A stretch of 18,304 bases of DNA from Candidatus Methylomirabilales bacterium. GTDB taxonomy: Bacteria > Methylomirabilota > Methylomirabilia > Methylomirabilales > CSP1-5. This document shows positions 7,468 through 15,243 of the stretch, piece by piece. The stretch is from NCBI GenBank assembly GCA_046758505.1, contig JBHIAH010000053.1, forward strand, positions 1-18,304. The letters are read 5' to 3'. Positions within the stretch are counted from its first letter, which is position 1; every line of letters begins with the position of its first letter. The notes below the pieces were generated by a model that saw only the letters and a program-made list of their open reading frames with translations, did no database searches and was not told the origin of the DNA. The position numbers and the translations under genes were made by a program.

Positions 7468-8589
7468 ATGCGGATGCGAATTCGCGGTTCCCGTCCCTGT
7501 TCCCTTGGGGTGTTGCCCCTGGCCCTCCTGCTCGCCGCCGGGGCAGCCTGGGCGCATGAGGCGCCCGTCCTGCCGCTTCCCTCCGAGCAGCTCTCGCCCG
7601 CGGCCAAGGCGAAGGGGTATGCGGGGCCCGAGGCCTGCGCCGAGTGCCACAGCGACCAGTACAACGACTACCGGGCCTCCGGCCATCCCAAGAAGCTGCG
7701 GCCTGCGGCTGAAGCCCGGGCCTGGGGAGTCCCGCTGCCCGAGGGCTACGACTGGAGCGACATCAGCTACGTGATCGGCGGGGCCCGGTGGAAGGCGCGG
7801 TTCGTCGGCAAAGACGGCTACATCATCACGAAGACCGGCCCGAACAAGGACACACCGGGCAAGAACCAGTACAACCTGGCGACGGGCCGCTGGGTGAACT
7901 ACCACCCCGGCGAGAAGAAGGCGTATACCTGCGGCACCTGCCATACCACCGGCTATAGCAAGCCGGGGCACCAGGACGGCTTGCCGGGCATCACGGGGAC
8001 CTGGGCCTTCCCCGGGATCACCTGCGAGGCGTGTCATGGCCCGGGGGCGGCCCACGCCGCAGCGCCGAGCAAGGAGAACATCAAGGTGGATAAGTCGCCG
8101 GCGGCCTGCGGCACGTGTCACATCCGGGGGACGAAGGAAAAGATTCCCGCCAAGAAGGGGTTCATCCGCCACCACGAGCAGTACAACGAGTACCTCGCCG
8201 GCCCCCACGCGGGGAAGCTCAGCTGCGCTACCTGTCATGACCCCCACAAGCGGGCCACGGTCTCGATCAAGAAGCGGTGCGCGGCCTGCCATCGCACGCA
8301 GGCCAAGGCGTTTACGGGGAGCACGATGCAGCGATCTGGCGTCACGTGCGTGGACTGCCACATGCCCCCGGCCGGGAAGAGCGCCGAATCCTTCGGGAAA
8401 TACATCGGCGATGTCAAGTCCCATATCGTGAAGATCTCAACCGGGCCACAGGACAAGATGTTCACCGCCGATGGGAAGTTCGCCACGGGCAAGCTGACCC
8501 TGGACTTTGCCTGCCTCCGCTGCCACGGTGCCCGGGATATCACCTGGGCGCGGGCCAACGCCAAGGGGATCCACGCCCGCGGCAAGTAG
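7468..8589 (+). CDS. Periplasmic octaheme c-type cytochrome (non-HAO; probable electron-transfer protein)
   Basis: ATG 7468 after AAGGAGGTG, signal peptide ending AWA|HE, and 8 CxxCH motifs (CAECH, CGTCH, CEACH, CGTCH, CATCH, CAACH, CVDCH, CLRCH). Confidence 0.9.
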   Translation: MRMRIRGSRPCSLGVLPLALLLAAGAAWAHEAPVLPLPSEQLSPAAKAKGYAGPEACAECHSDQYNDYRASGHPKKLRPAAEARAWGVPLPEGYDWSDISYVIGGARWKARFVGKDGYIITKTGPNKDTPGKNQYNLATGRWVNYHPGEKKAYTCGTCHTTGYSKPGHQDGLPGITGTWAFPGITCEACHGPGAAHAAAPSKENIKVDKSPAACGTCHIRGTKEKIPAKKGFIRHHEQYNEYLAGPHAGKLSCATCHDPHKRATVSIKKRCAACHRTQAKAFTGSTMQRSGVTCVDCHMPPAGKSAESFGKYIGDVKSHIVKISTGPQDKMFTADGKFATGKLTLDFACLRCHGARDITWARANAKGIHARGK

Positions 8590-8618
8590 CCCGGGTATTC
8601 CGATAGCGATTACGGGGT

Positions 8619-8660
8619 GAGGGGCTCCGTCCGGAGGGACGGAGCCCCTCCTTATTTTAT
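8619..8660 (+). terminator. Intrinsic terminator after the octaheme gene
   Basis: Perfect 14-bp stem GAGGGGCTCCGTCC-ggag-GGACGGAGCCCCTC followed by CTTATTTTAT. Confidence 0.8.
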
Positions 8661-8721
8661 GTCGGCAAGTCCAGGGATGATGGTGCAGACCGTGGGACAG
8701 ACGGGGCACAATCCGACGTGG

Positions 8722-8822
8722 TGAGACAATGGTGTCCCACCCGGCTAAGCTAGTCCCATTGGGCCATGGGGAGTGGTTCTCCGTGCCTAATCCCTCATTC
8801 GGTCTGGGGCAGCCGTGCCTCA
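8722..8822. promoter_or_regulatory. Paired UAS dyads TGRGRCA-N4-TGYCYCA (copy 1)
   Basis: TGAGACA-ATGG-TGTCCCA (8722-8739) and TGGGGCA-GCCG-TGCCTCA (8805-8822), 83 bp apart. Confidence 0.7.
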
Positions 8823-8919
8823 ATGGCCTGGACCCTCTCCGTTCCGCCTTACGTGTCATTTCATGAAAAATTCATGAAAAATTAACAGGTTGGAGCATGA
8901 GGGGGATCTGTTCTGCATT

Positions 8920-8935
8920 TGGCATCCGCATTGCT
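8920..8935 (+). promoter_or_regulatory. Sigma-54 promoter of the Fe-S/molybdoenzyme operon
   Basis: TGGCAT-CCGCA-TTGCT, preceded by an AT-rich tract (TTCATGAAAAA x2 at 8860-8881). Confidence 0.85.
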
Positions 8936-9088
8936 CTCCGTGCGGGAAGCTGCGCACCATGTGAAGAAGTGCACAAGTCAAGTTTCTTCCTGATCTTGGT
9001 CATGGAGAGTGAATCAGCGGGGTCCGAGCTTTCCATACGGTGCGTGGAGGGAGGCGGCAACCCGAACATCTAACGCAAGTTCAAATCA

Positions 9089-9214
9089 GATCTCCGAGCC
9101 ATCCCGATCCCCCCGGGGCGGGATGGACCCGACGGCCGGAGGAGCGATCCCCCGGCCAGCCCGATGGTCCGGAGGCGATGCGAGGGTTCCGGGCCTGAAT
9201 TGGCAAAGGAGATC
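9089..9214 (+). ncRNA. Structured leader RNA resembling a Moco/Wco riboswitch
   Basis: P1 GATCTCC (9089-9095) / GGAGATC (9208-9214) encloses stems CCATCCCG/CGGGATGG, GGCCGGAGGA-GCGA(GNRA)-TCCCCCGGCC and GGTCCGGA/TCCGGGCC. The boundaries CTCCGAGC... and ...TGGCAAAGGAG resemble the Moco RNA motif, and it sits in the 5' UTR of a molybdoenzyme operon. Confidence 0.55.
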
Positions 9215-9245
9215 GTTCCGACGGGAACGATCTCCTTTGTGTTTC
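9204..9245 (+). terminator. Leader terminator/attenuator overlapping riboswitch P1
   Basis: Perfect 16-bp stem CAAAGGAGATCGTTCC-gacg-GGAACGATCTCCTTTG followed by TGTTT. Confidence 0.7.
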
Positions 9246-9355
9246 GAGGGGCACAATGGGTTTCACGTGAGCCGCTCGAGGTTGCGACAGGGTAGCGACA
9301 GTCGGGCTCAGAGGGTCGGTGGGGGGTTGGAGCCGACATCACAAAGGAGGGGACG

Positions 9356-10138
9356 ATGGCTTTGAATGAGCTGCAGCGGATGCATGAAGACCTGGAAAGA
9401 GCCCTGAGGAAGCCGGCATCGAAGCGCTCCTGGGCGATGGTGATCGATCTGAGAAAATGCGTCGGGTGTCACGCCTGTACGGTGTCCTGTGCCGCTGAGA
9501 ACGTGTGCCCGCCAGGAACTTCGTACCGAAAGGTCTTTGAAGTCGAGTATCAGTCCTTTCCGGAGTTGGATCGGTTTTTCATGCCGGCAAACTGCCAGCA
9601 GTGCGATAACCCGCCGTGCATGAAGGCCGCCAACAAAGTCGCCCCCGGTGCCATCGAAAAGCGGAAAGACGGGATCGTGGAGTTCAGGTACGACAGACTC
9701 AGGAAGAACGCACGGGCGGGTGAGGCGGCGCAAAAGGCGTGTCCGTACTACGCCATCGTCGAGGATAGGGGGGGGTTTTACACCGAGGGTACCCCGGTGC
9801 TTGAAGCCTACGAGACGAGGAATTTCTATGAATATGACGAGACGCTAAACCGCAAAAAGGGAGATACAAGGGGCGCGATCAGGAAATGCACCTTCTGCCC
9901 CCACCGTCTCGACAGCGGGATGCTGCCGGCATGTGTTTCGACCTGCATCGGCAGGGCGATGTACTTTGGTGACAAGAACGATCCCAAGAGCCTCGTGTCG
10001 GAGTTGATTCGGAATGAGAAGGTCTGGAATCTGAAGGCCGGTCTCGGCACCGGACCGAGAATCTACTATATCGGGTACGAGCACAGGACGACGATTGCGG
10101 TTGGCACGCCCGCAACCTGCACGGTTTGCCACGAATAG
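9356..10138 (+). CDS. Fe-S electron-transfer subunit (TtrB/SrdB/PsrB/DmsB family), three-cluster variant with C-terminal CxxCH
   Basis: RBS AAAGGAGGGG. WAMVIDLRKCVGCHACTVSC, CQQCDNPPC, ACPY, KCTFCPHRL...PACVSTCIGRAMYFGD, GTGPRIYY, ending CTVCHE. Confidence 0.9.
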   Translation: MALNELQRMHEDLERALRKPASKRSWAMVIDLRKCVGCHACTVSCAAENVCPPGTSYRKVFEVEYQSFPELDRFFMPANCQQCDNPPCMKAANKVAPGAIEKRKDGIVEFRYDRLRKNARAGEAAQKACPYYAIVEDRGGFYTEGTPVLEAYETRNFYEYDETLNRKKGDTRGAIRKCTFCPHRLDSGMLPACVSTCIGRAMYFGDKNDPKSLVSELIRNEKVWNLKAGLGTGPRIYYIGYEHRTTIAVGTPATCTVCHE

Positions 10139-10150
10139 GGAGGCGCGATC

Positions 10151-13100
10151 ATGGCGGAGAAGACGAACGGATCCTGTAGATTAGCCGAATACCTCGAGAA
10201 GCTCCCGGAAAGGGAGATCTCCAGAAGATCCCTTTTGAAGTCGGGTGCACTCCTTGGCGGCTCGGCGGTGCTCATGAGTCAGCTCGAGGCGACCTCGATG
10301 CTGGCGAGAAGCGCAGAGGCGGCGGGCCGGGTTGCGGGGGGGTATCCCCTATCCAAGGCCGAGAACACCATCTATTCCGTCTGCCTGCAGTGCCACACGG
10401 CCTGTCCCATCAAGGTCAAGGTGCTGAACGGGATCGCGGTCAAGGTCGACGGCAACCCGTACAGTGAAAATATGATCCCCAACCTCGACTACTCTGCCCC
10501 GTTATCAAAGGGGGCGAAGATCGATGCAAAGGTCTGCCCGAAGGGCCAGTCCGGCATTCAGAGTCTCTACGACCCCTATCGGATCGTGAAAGTGCTCAAG
10601 AGAAACGGCCCGCGGGGTTCGAACAAGTGGACCGTGATTCCGTTCGATCAGGCCGTTGACGAGATTGTCAATGGCGGCAAGCTCTTTGCCTCGATCGGGG
10701 AGCAGAGGCACGTCCCCGGACTGAAAGAGATCTACGGATTGCGGGATGCCAAGCTTTCCGCCCGGATGGCGAAGGATGCCACGGCTGTTGCCAAAGGGAA
10801 AATGCAGGTGGCTGATTTCAAATCGAAATACCGGGCCCACCTGGATGTCTTGATTGACCCGGATCACCCGGATCTCGGCCCAAAGAACAATCAGCTCCTG
10901 ACGATGTGGGGGCGGATCGAGCACGGCCGAATCGAGCTCGGCAAGCGATTCATGTACGGCTCGTTTGGCTCGCACAACCTGATCGAACACACGTGCATCT
11001 GCGAACAGTCCCACCACATCGCCTATAAGGAGAGTACGAAGCAGTATAAGGGCGGGAAATGGAAAAAGGGAAAAACCCATATGAAACCCGATGCGTTCAA
11101 TGCGGAGTTCATCGTTTACTTCGGCACGGGTTTCGTGGAGGCCAACTTTGGACCGCCAGCGATGTGCGAAAAGGTCACCGAGGGGTTGGCCTCTGGACGG
11201 CTCAAGGTGGCCGTGGTGGACCCGAGGATGAGCAAGTCGGCGGCCAAGGCGTGGAAGTGGCTGCCCATCCAGCCGTCGACGGATGCGGCACTGGCGCTGG
11301 CCATGATTCGCTGGATGATCGAGCACAAGAGATACGATGCGCGGTATCTGGCGAACGCCAACAAGGCCGCGGCGAAGGCCTCCGGGGAGACCACGTGGTC
11401 CAACGCCGCGCATCTCGTCAAGATCGAGAAAGATGGTCCCGGGGCGCTGTTGCGGGCATCGGACGTTGGGGTGGGCGGCAAGGATGCCTTTGTGGTTGTC
11501 CGAGAGGGGAATGCCGTGTCTGTGAAGGTCGGTGACGGCAAGAACGCCGTCACCGGGGATCTCGATTTCAGCGGCGAGATCAATGGCGTGAAGGTCAAGA
11601 CGGCGTTTCGGCTCTTGAAGGAGGAGGCGTTCTCTCGCGGCCTGGCGGAGTGGTCCGCCATCTGCGGGATTCCGGTGAAAGACATCGAGGAGGTTGCGAG
11701 GGAGCTCACCTCGCACGGCAAGAAGGCCGCGGTCGAGTTTTACCGGGGGCCTGTCCAGCACACCAACGGGTTTTACAACGCGCGGGCGCTCATCGCGCTC
11801 AATATCCTCCTGGGGAATGCGGATCACAAGGGGGGCATGTCGGTCGGCGGCAGCCACTGGCACGAGTTTGGAGGGAAGTCGAAGGAACAATTCAGTGTCA
11901 AGAAGAAGAAGATGCATCCCAACATGCTCACGGCCTTCGGCCACAAGATCACGAGGGAGGGGTCGCATTACGAGCAGTCGACGCTCTTCCGTGGCTATCC
12001 CGCCAAGAGGCCGTGGCTGCCGTTTACCAGCAATGTGTACCAGGAGGCGCTGCCGTCAGCAGCGGACGGCTATCCGTATCCGATCAAGGCGCTCTGGCTG
12101 CACATGGGATCGCCCGGATACGCCTCCCCCGCAGCCCATACGGCGCTCAAGATCCTCGCGGACGTGGAGAAAATCCCCCTGTTCTTCTCGACCGACATCG
12201 TGCTCGGCGAAAGCACGATGTACGCGGATTACGTCTTCCCCGACACCGCGATCTGGGAGCGGTTTGGAAACCCCCATGCGTCGCCGGATGTGCCGTTGCG
12301 GGCGTCGAAGTTCCGGCAGCCCACGGTCACTCCGCTCACCGAGGTGGTGACGGTGTTCGGAGAAAAGATGCACTGCTCCTACGAGGCGGTCCTCCTGGCC
12401 ATTGCCGAACGGCTCAAACTGTCGGGCTTTGGCACCGACGGGTTCGGCCGCGGATGGGGCTTGACCCGACCGGAGGATTGGTTCCTCAAACTTGCGGCCA
12501 ACATGGCGGTGGGCGACAAGAAAGGCGATTCGGTGCCGGCTGCCTCCTTCGACGAGATGAAGCTGTTTGTGAAGGCACGGAGGCATCTCAAACCGACCGT
12601 CTTTTCCGCCCGCAGGTGGGAAAAGGCAGTCGGCTCCGACAAATGGAAGAGGACGGTGACCGTCCTCAACAGAGGGGGCCGTTGGGAAAAGTGGGCCGAT
12701 GAGGTTACCAACGGCAAGGGGATGCTGGTGCACAAGTTCAAAAAACAGCTCAACCTCTACGTCGAGCGGGTGGCCGTGGCGAAACAGTCCCTCACGGGCA
12801 AGAGGTTCTCCGGCGTCCCGATCTATGAACCTCCCAAGGACGCTGCCGGGAATCTGGCTGTCGACAGGAATATGCCGCTCCAGCTCATCACCTACAAGGA
12901 TATCCTCGGCGGCCAGTCGAGAACGCTGCCCGGGAACTACTGGCTGAGCTCGATCCTGCCGGAGAATTACCTGCTGATCAATGTCGGGACGGCCAAGAAG
13001 CTGGGCTTTGAGGACGGCGACAAGGCCAGGCTGATCTCTGCCACGAACCATGACGGCAAGTGGCACCTGCCCAACCGGGGGGCGGTCGATATGGTCGGCA

Positions 13101-13351
13101 AGATTAAGGCCGTGGAAGGCATGGCCCCTGGGGTCGTGGCGGTGTCATGGCACTTCGGACACTGGGGGTACGGTGCAGCGGACAGCGTCATTGATGGCAG
13201 GACGATCAAGGGGGACAAGCGGCGCACGACGGGTCTGTGCCCCAATGCCGCCATGAAGGTCGATCCCGTGCTCAAGAATGCGTGCATGACGGATCCGATC
13301 GGGGGAAGCTCGTCGTATTATGACACCAGGGTCACGCTTATGAAGGCATGA
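10151..13351 (+). CDS. Tat-exported molybdopterin oxidoreductase catalytic subunit, TtrA/SrdA-like clade
   Basis: 1066 aa. Tat motif SRRSLLK, FS0 motif CLQCHTAC...CPKG. TtrA-like stretches KVDGNPYS, YDPYRIVKVLKRNGPRG, DEIVNGGKLF, LGPKNNQL, AVVDPR, GESTMYADYVFPD and C-terminal PGVVAVSWHFGHW. Substrate cannot be assigned from sequence alone. Confidence 0.88.
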   Translation: MAEKTNGSCRLAEYLEKLPEREISRRSLLKSGALLGGSAVLMSQLEATSMLARSAEAAGRVAGGYPLSKAENTIYSVCLQCHTACPIKVKVLNGIAVKVDGNPYSENMIPNLDYSAPLSKGAKIDAKVCPKGQSGIQSLYDPYRIVKVLKRNGPRGSNKWTVIPFDQAVDEIVNGGKLFASIGEQRHVPGLKEIYGLRDAKLSARMAKDATAVAKGKMQVADFKSKYRAHLDVLIDPDHPDLGPKNNQLLTMWGRIEHGRIELGKRFMYGSFGSHNLIEHTCICEQSHHIAYKESTKQYKGGKWKKGKTHMKPDAFNAEFIVYFGTGFVEANFGPPAMCEKVTEGLASGRLKVAVVDPRMSKSAAKAWKWLPIQPSTDAALALAMIRWMIEHKRYDARYLANANKAAAKASGETTWSNAAHLVKIEKDGPGALLRASDVGVGGKDAFVVVREGNAVSVKVGDGKNAVTGDLDFSGEINGVKVKTAFRLLKEEAFSRGLAEWSAICGIPVKDIEEVARELTSHGKKAAVEFYRGPVQHTNGFYNARALIALNILLGNADHKGGMSVGGSHWHEFGGKSKEQFSVKKKKMHPNMLTAFGHKITREGSHYEQSTLFRGYPAKRPWLPFTSNVYQEALPSAADGYPYPIKALWLHMGSPGYASPAAHTALKILADVEKIPLFFSTDIVLGESTMYADYVFPDTAIWERFGNPHASPDVPLRASKFRQPTVTPLTEVVTVFGEKMHCSYEAVLLAIAERLKLSGFGTDGFGRGWGLTRPEDWFLKLAANMAVGDKKGDSVPAASFDEMKLFVKARRHLKPTVFSARRWEKAVGSDKWKRTVTVLNRGGRWEKWADEVTNGKGMLVHKFKKQLNLYVERVAVAKQSLTGKRFSGVPIYEPPKDAAGNLAVDRNMPLQLITYKDILGGQSRTLPGNYWLSSILPENYLLINVGTAKKLGFEDGDKARLISATNHDGKWHLPNRGAVDMVGKIKAVEGMAPGVVAVSWHFGHWGYGAADSVIDGRTIKGDKRRTTGLCPNAAMKVDPVLKNACMTDPIGGSSSYYDTRVTLMKA

Positions 13352-13469
13352 CGTCCCTTCCCCCTCACGCAATATCGGCACGAAGTCGCCCAATGGTGGT
13401 AGAATACGCCTGCCGGGGAGCCGTGGTGGCGGTCCTGAGGCGCCGGCCTTGAGGCACCGCGTCACGTCA

Positions 13470-13570
13470 TGGGACAGGGCTGCCCCAGACGGCTAAGTCA
13501 CTATCCTCCGGTATGTTTGTCGTGCTTGGTCCACATTCTTCCCCTGTTGTTCTGGGGCAGCTCTGTCTCA
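13470..13570. promoter_or_regulatory. Paired UAS dyads TGRGRCA-N4-TGYCYCA (copy 2)
   Basis: TGGGACA-GGGC-TGCCCCA (13470-13487) and TGGGGCA-GCTC-TGTCTCA (13553-13570), 83 bp apart, the same spacing as copy 1. Confidence 0.7.
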
Positions 13571-13669
13571 CTGGCAGCGCGAGAGGATGGGTATTTCGAT
13601 TGCCTTTGAAAGGTATTTGTGATTTAAAATTAGGGGGTTAGCCATTGGTCTGCAGTCATCTTCACCCGA

Positions 13670-13685
13670 TGGCACCCCCCTTGCT
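13670..13685 (+). promoter_or_regulatory. Sigma-54 promoter
   Basis: TGGCAC-CCCCC-TTGCT, a perfect consensus match. Confidence 0.85.
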
Positions 13686-13750
13686 CATAATCACCGGGAC
13701 CCAATCTCCGTTCGGCGGAAGGCTCGAACCGGGAACAGGGGGTGTCGGCG

Positions 13751-14230
13751 ATGCGATGCTCGATCATGGCGGCGCTCATAGCTTCGCTGGTCCTCGTCCC
13801 CCGGGTTGGATGGGGGCACGGGGCGGGGGCGCGGGTCGGGGCGAGGACGATCGGCAACCTCGAGGTCACTCTGTACGTGTGGGGGCCTCAGGAGGTCCTT
13901 CGCCCCAAAGGGGACGGCCACCATACGCCGCGGGCGGCGGCCACCCATCACCTGGATGTGCGGGTCTACGACCTGAAGCGAGGGATCTACATTCCGTACC
14001 TCACCGTCAAGGCGACCATCACTGACCGCACCAAGCAGCGGGAGTTTACTGTGGAGTTGGATCCCATGATCGGGGAGTGGCTGCACTACGGGGCCAACAT
14101 CACCCTGCCGCACCCGGGGATCTATTCGATCCTACTCGACGTCCAACCGCCGGATATCGCCCGGTACAAACACCTGGCGGATGTGTGGAATACCCCGGCT
14201 CAGGCACTCTTCACCTATGAGTATCGTTAA
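13751..14230 (+). CDS. Periplasmic P19/Tp34/FetP-type (Fe2+ transport family) metal-binding protein
   Basis: RBS AGGGGGTG, signal peptide, and family pattern HHLDV...YIPYLTVKATI...LDPM...HYGANI.L...G.Y...QPP, which includes the His/Met/His Cu-site residues. Confidence 0.8.
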   Translation: MRCSIMAALIASLVLVPRVGWGHGAGARVGARTIGNLEVTLYVWGPQEVLRPKGDGHHTPRAAATHHLDVRVYDLKRGIYIPYLTVKATITDRTKQREFTVELDPMIGEWLHYGANITLPHPGIYSILLDVQPPDIARYKHLADVWNTPAQALFTYEYR

Positions 14231-14270
14231 TAATAACAAGAAGAAGAAGAAGGGGACGGGCCTGAACTTT

Positions 14271-14771
14271 TTGATCGATACGATTTGTCATTGGTTCTTC
14301 CCCGAGCGGGTCCGAGTGCTTCCGGGGGCACGGGCCTGGTCTATTACCTTCCGGACACTGCACCTGGCAGCCTTTGGCGTGCTGCTCGGTGGTCATGCGT
14401 TTTCCGTCGACGCGGAAAAGCTCCTGTCGTATCTCTGGCTCACCATTCTGAGCGGCCTCGGCCTGATCGCCCTCGAGGTGTATGCCGAGGGTCTGTACTG
14501 GCTCTTTCTGGGAAAGGGGATCACGGTCCTGGCGAAGCTCGGGATCCTGCTCGCCGTCCCCCTCTTCTGGGAACAGCGCGTAGCCCTCCTGGTGACTGTG
14601 GTGGTGATCGCTTCCGTTGGATCCCATATGCCCGCACGGTTTCGCCACTACTCGTTTCTCCACGGACGGGTCATCGGGGTGGGAGAACCCCTTCGGCCTC
14701 CCGCCCGCGTTCTCCAGCCGGAGGTGAGGGGCGTAACGACGCTTGAGGGAGCAGATTCGCGACAGCGGTGA
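14271..14771 (+). CDS. Small multi-pass (~4 TM) membrane protein of unknown function
   Basis: Hydrophobic helices with RTLH...GGH and SHMP.RFRHYS motifs. Start uncertain (CTG 14262 or TTG 14271 after AAGGGG). Confidence 0.7.
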   Translation: MIDTICHWFFPERVRVLPGARAWSITFRTLHLAAFGVLLGGHAFSVDAEKLLSYLWLTILSGLGLIALEVYAEGLYWLFLGKGITVLAKLGILLAVPLFWEQRVALLVTVVVIASVGSHMPARFRHYSFLHGRVIGVGEPLRPPARVLQPEVRGVTTLEGADSRQR

Positions 14772-14815
14772 GGAATGTGCGGCAGCGGGCGACAGGCGCA
14801 CAACAAGGAGGGAGG

Positions 14816-15151
14816 ATGGCAAAACCCCCAAAGGCTTATACACAGTTTCAACGGGACTTCCGGCGGGTCTGGCAGGCGTACGACCGCTTAGGGGCAGCGG
14901 TCCACCGGGAGGGGCCGATAAAGGCAAAGGCTCGGGAGCTGGTCAAGCTGGGAATGGCCATCGGCGGGCGGCTCGAGGGGGCGGTGAAGGCCCACACCCG
15001 CCTGGCCCTCGAGCAGGGCGCGACGCGTGAGGAAATCCGCCAGGTGGCGCTCATGGCCATCACGACGGTCGGCTTCCCAACGGCGATGGCGGCTCTCACC
15101 TGGATCGAGGACGTGATCTCGAAAAGACGCGGCCCCCGCACACGGCGGTGA
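14816..15151 (+). CDS. Carboxymuconolactone decarboxylase (CMD/AhpD-like) family protein
   Basis: RBS AGGAGGGAGG. GPIKAKARELVKLGMAI...AVKAHTRLALEQGATREEI...TTVGFP; no CxxC. Confidence 0.85.
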   Translation: MAKPPKAYTQFQRDFRRVWQAYDRLGAAVHREGPIKAKARELVKLGMAIGGRLEGAVKAHTRLALEQGATREEIRQVALMAITTVGFPTAMAALTWIEDVISKRRGPRTRR

Positions 15152-15243
15152 GGGAGATACCGATCTCGGGTCGCGGGCGGACCGAGAGAGAGTAACCGGT
15201 GGGAGGCGGACGTTACGGCGGGGAGGAGACAGGTTTGGGAAGC

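Noticed and set aside
9009..9365. 118-aa ORF in the Mo-operon leader
   Set aside because: Low-information sequence overlapping the next start; the region is better explained by RNA structure. A short leader peptide is not excluded.
11650..12702. 350-aa + strand alternative-frame ORF inside the Mo enzyme
   Set aside because: Arg/Gly/Ala-rich off-frame translation; the main ORF is intact, so there is no frameshift to explain.
10151..13351. Naming the enzyme ttrA, srdA, arrA or arxA
   Set aside because: Length and N-terminal motifs favour the TtrA/SrdA clade, but substrate cannot be fixed without phylogeny and assay, so no symbol is given.
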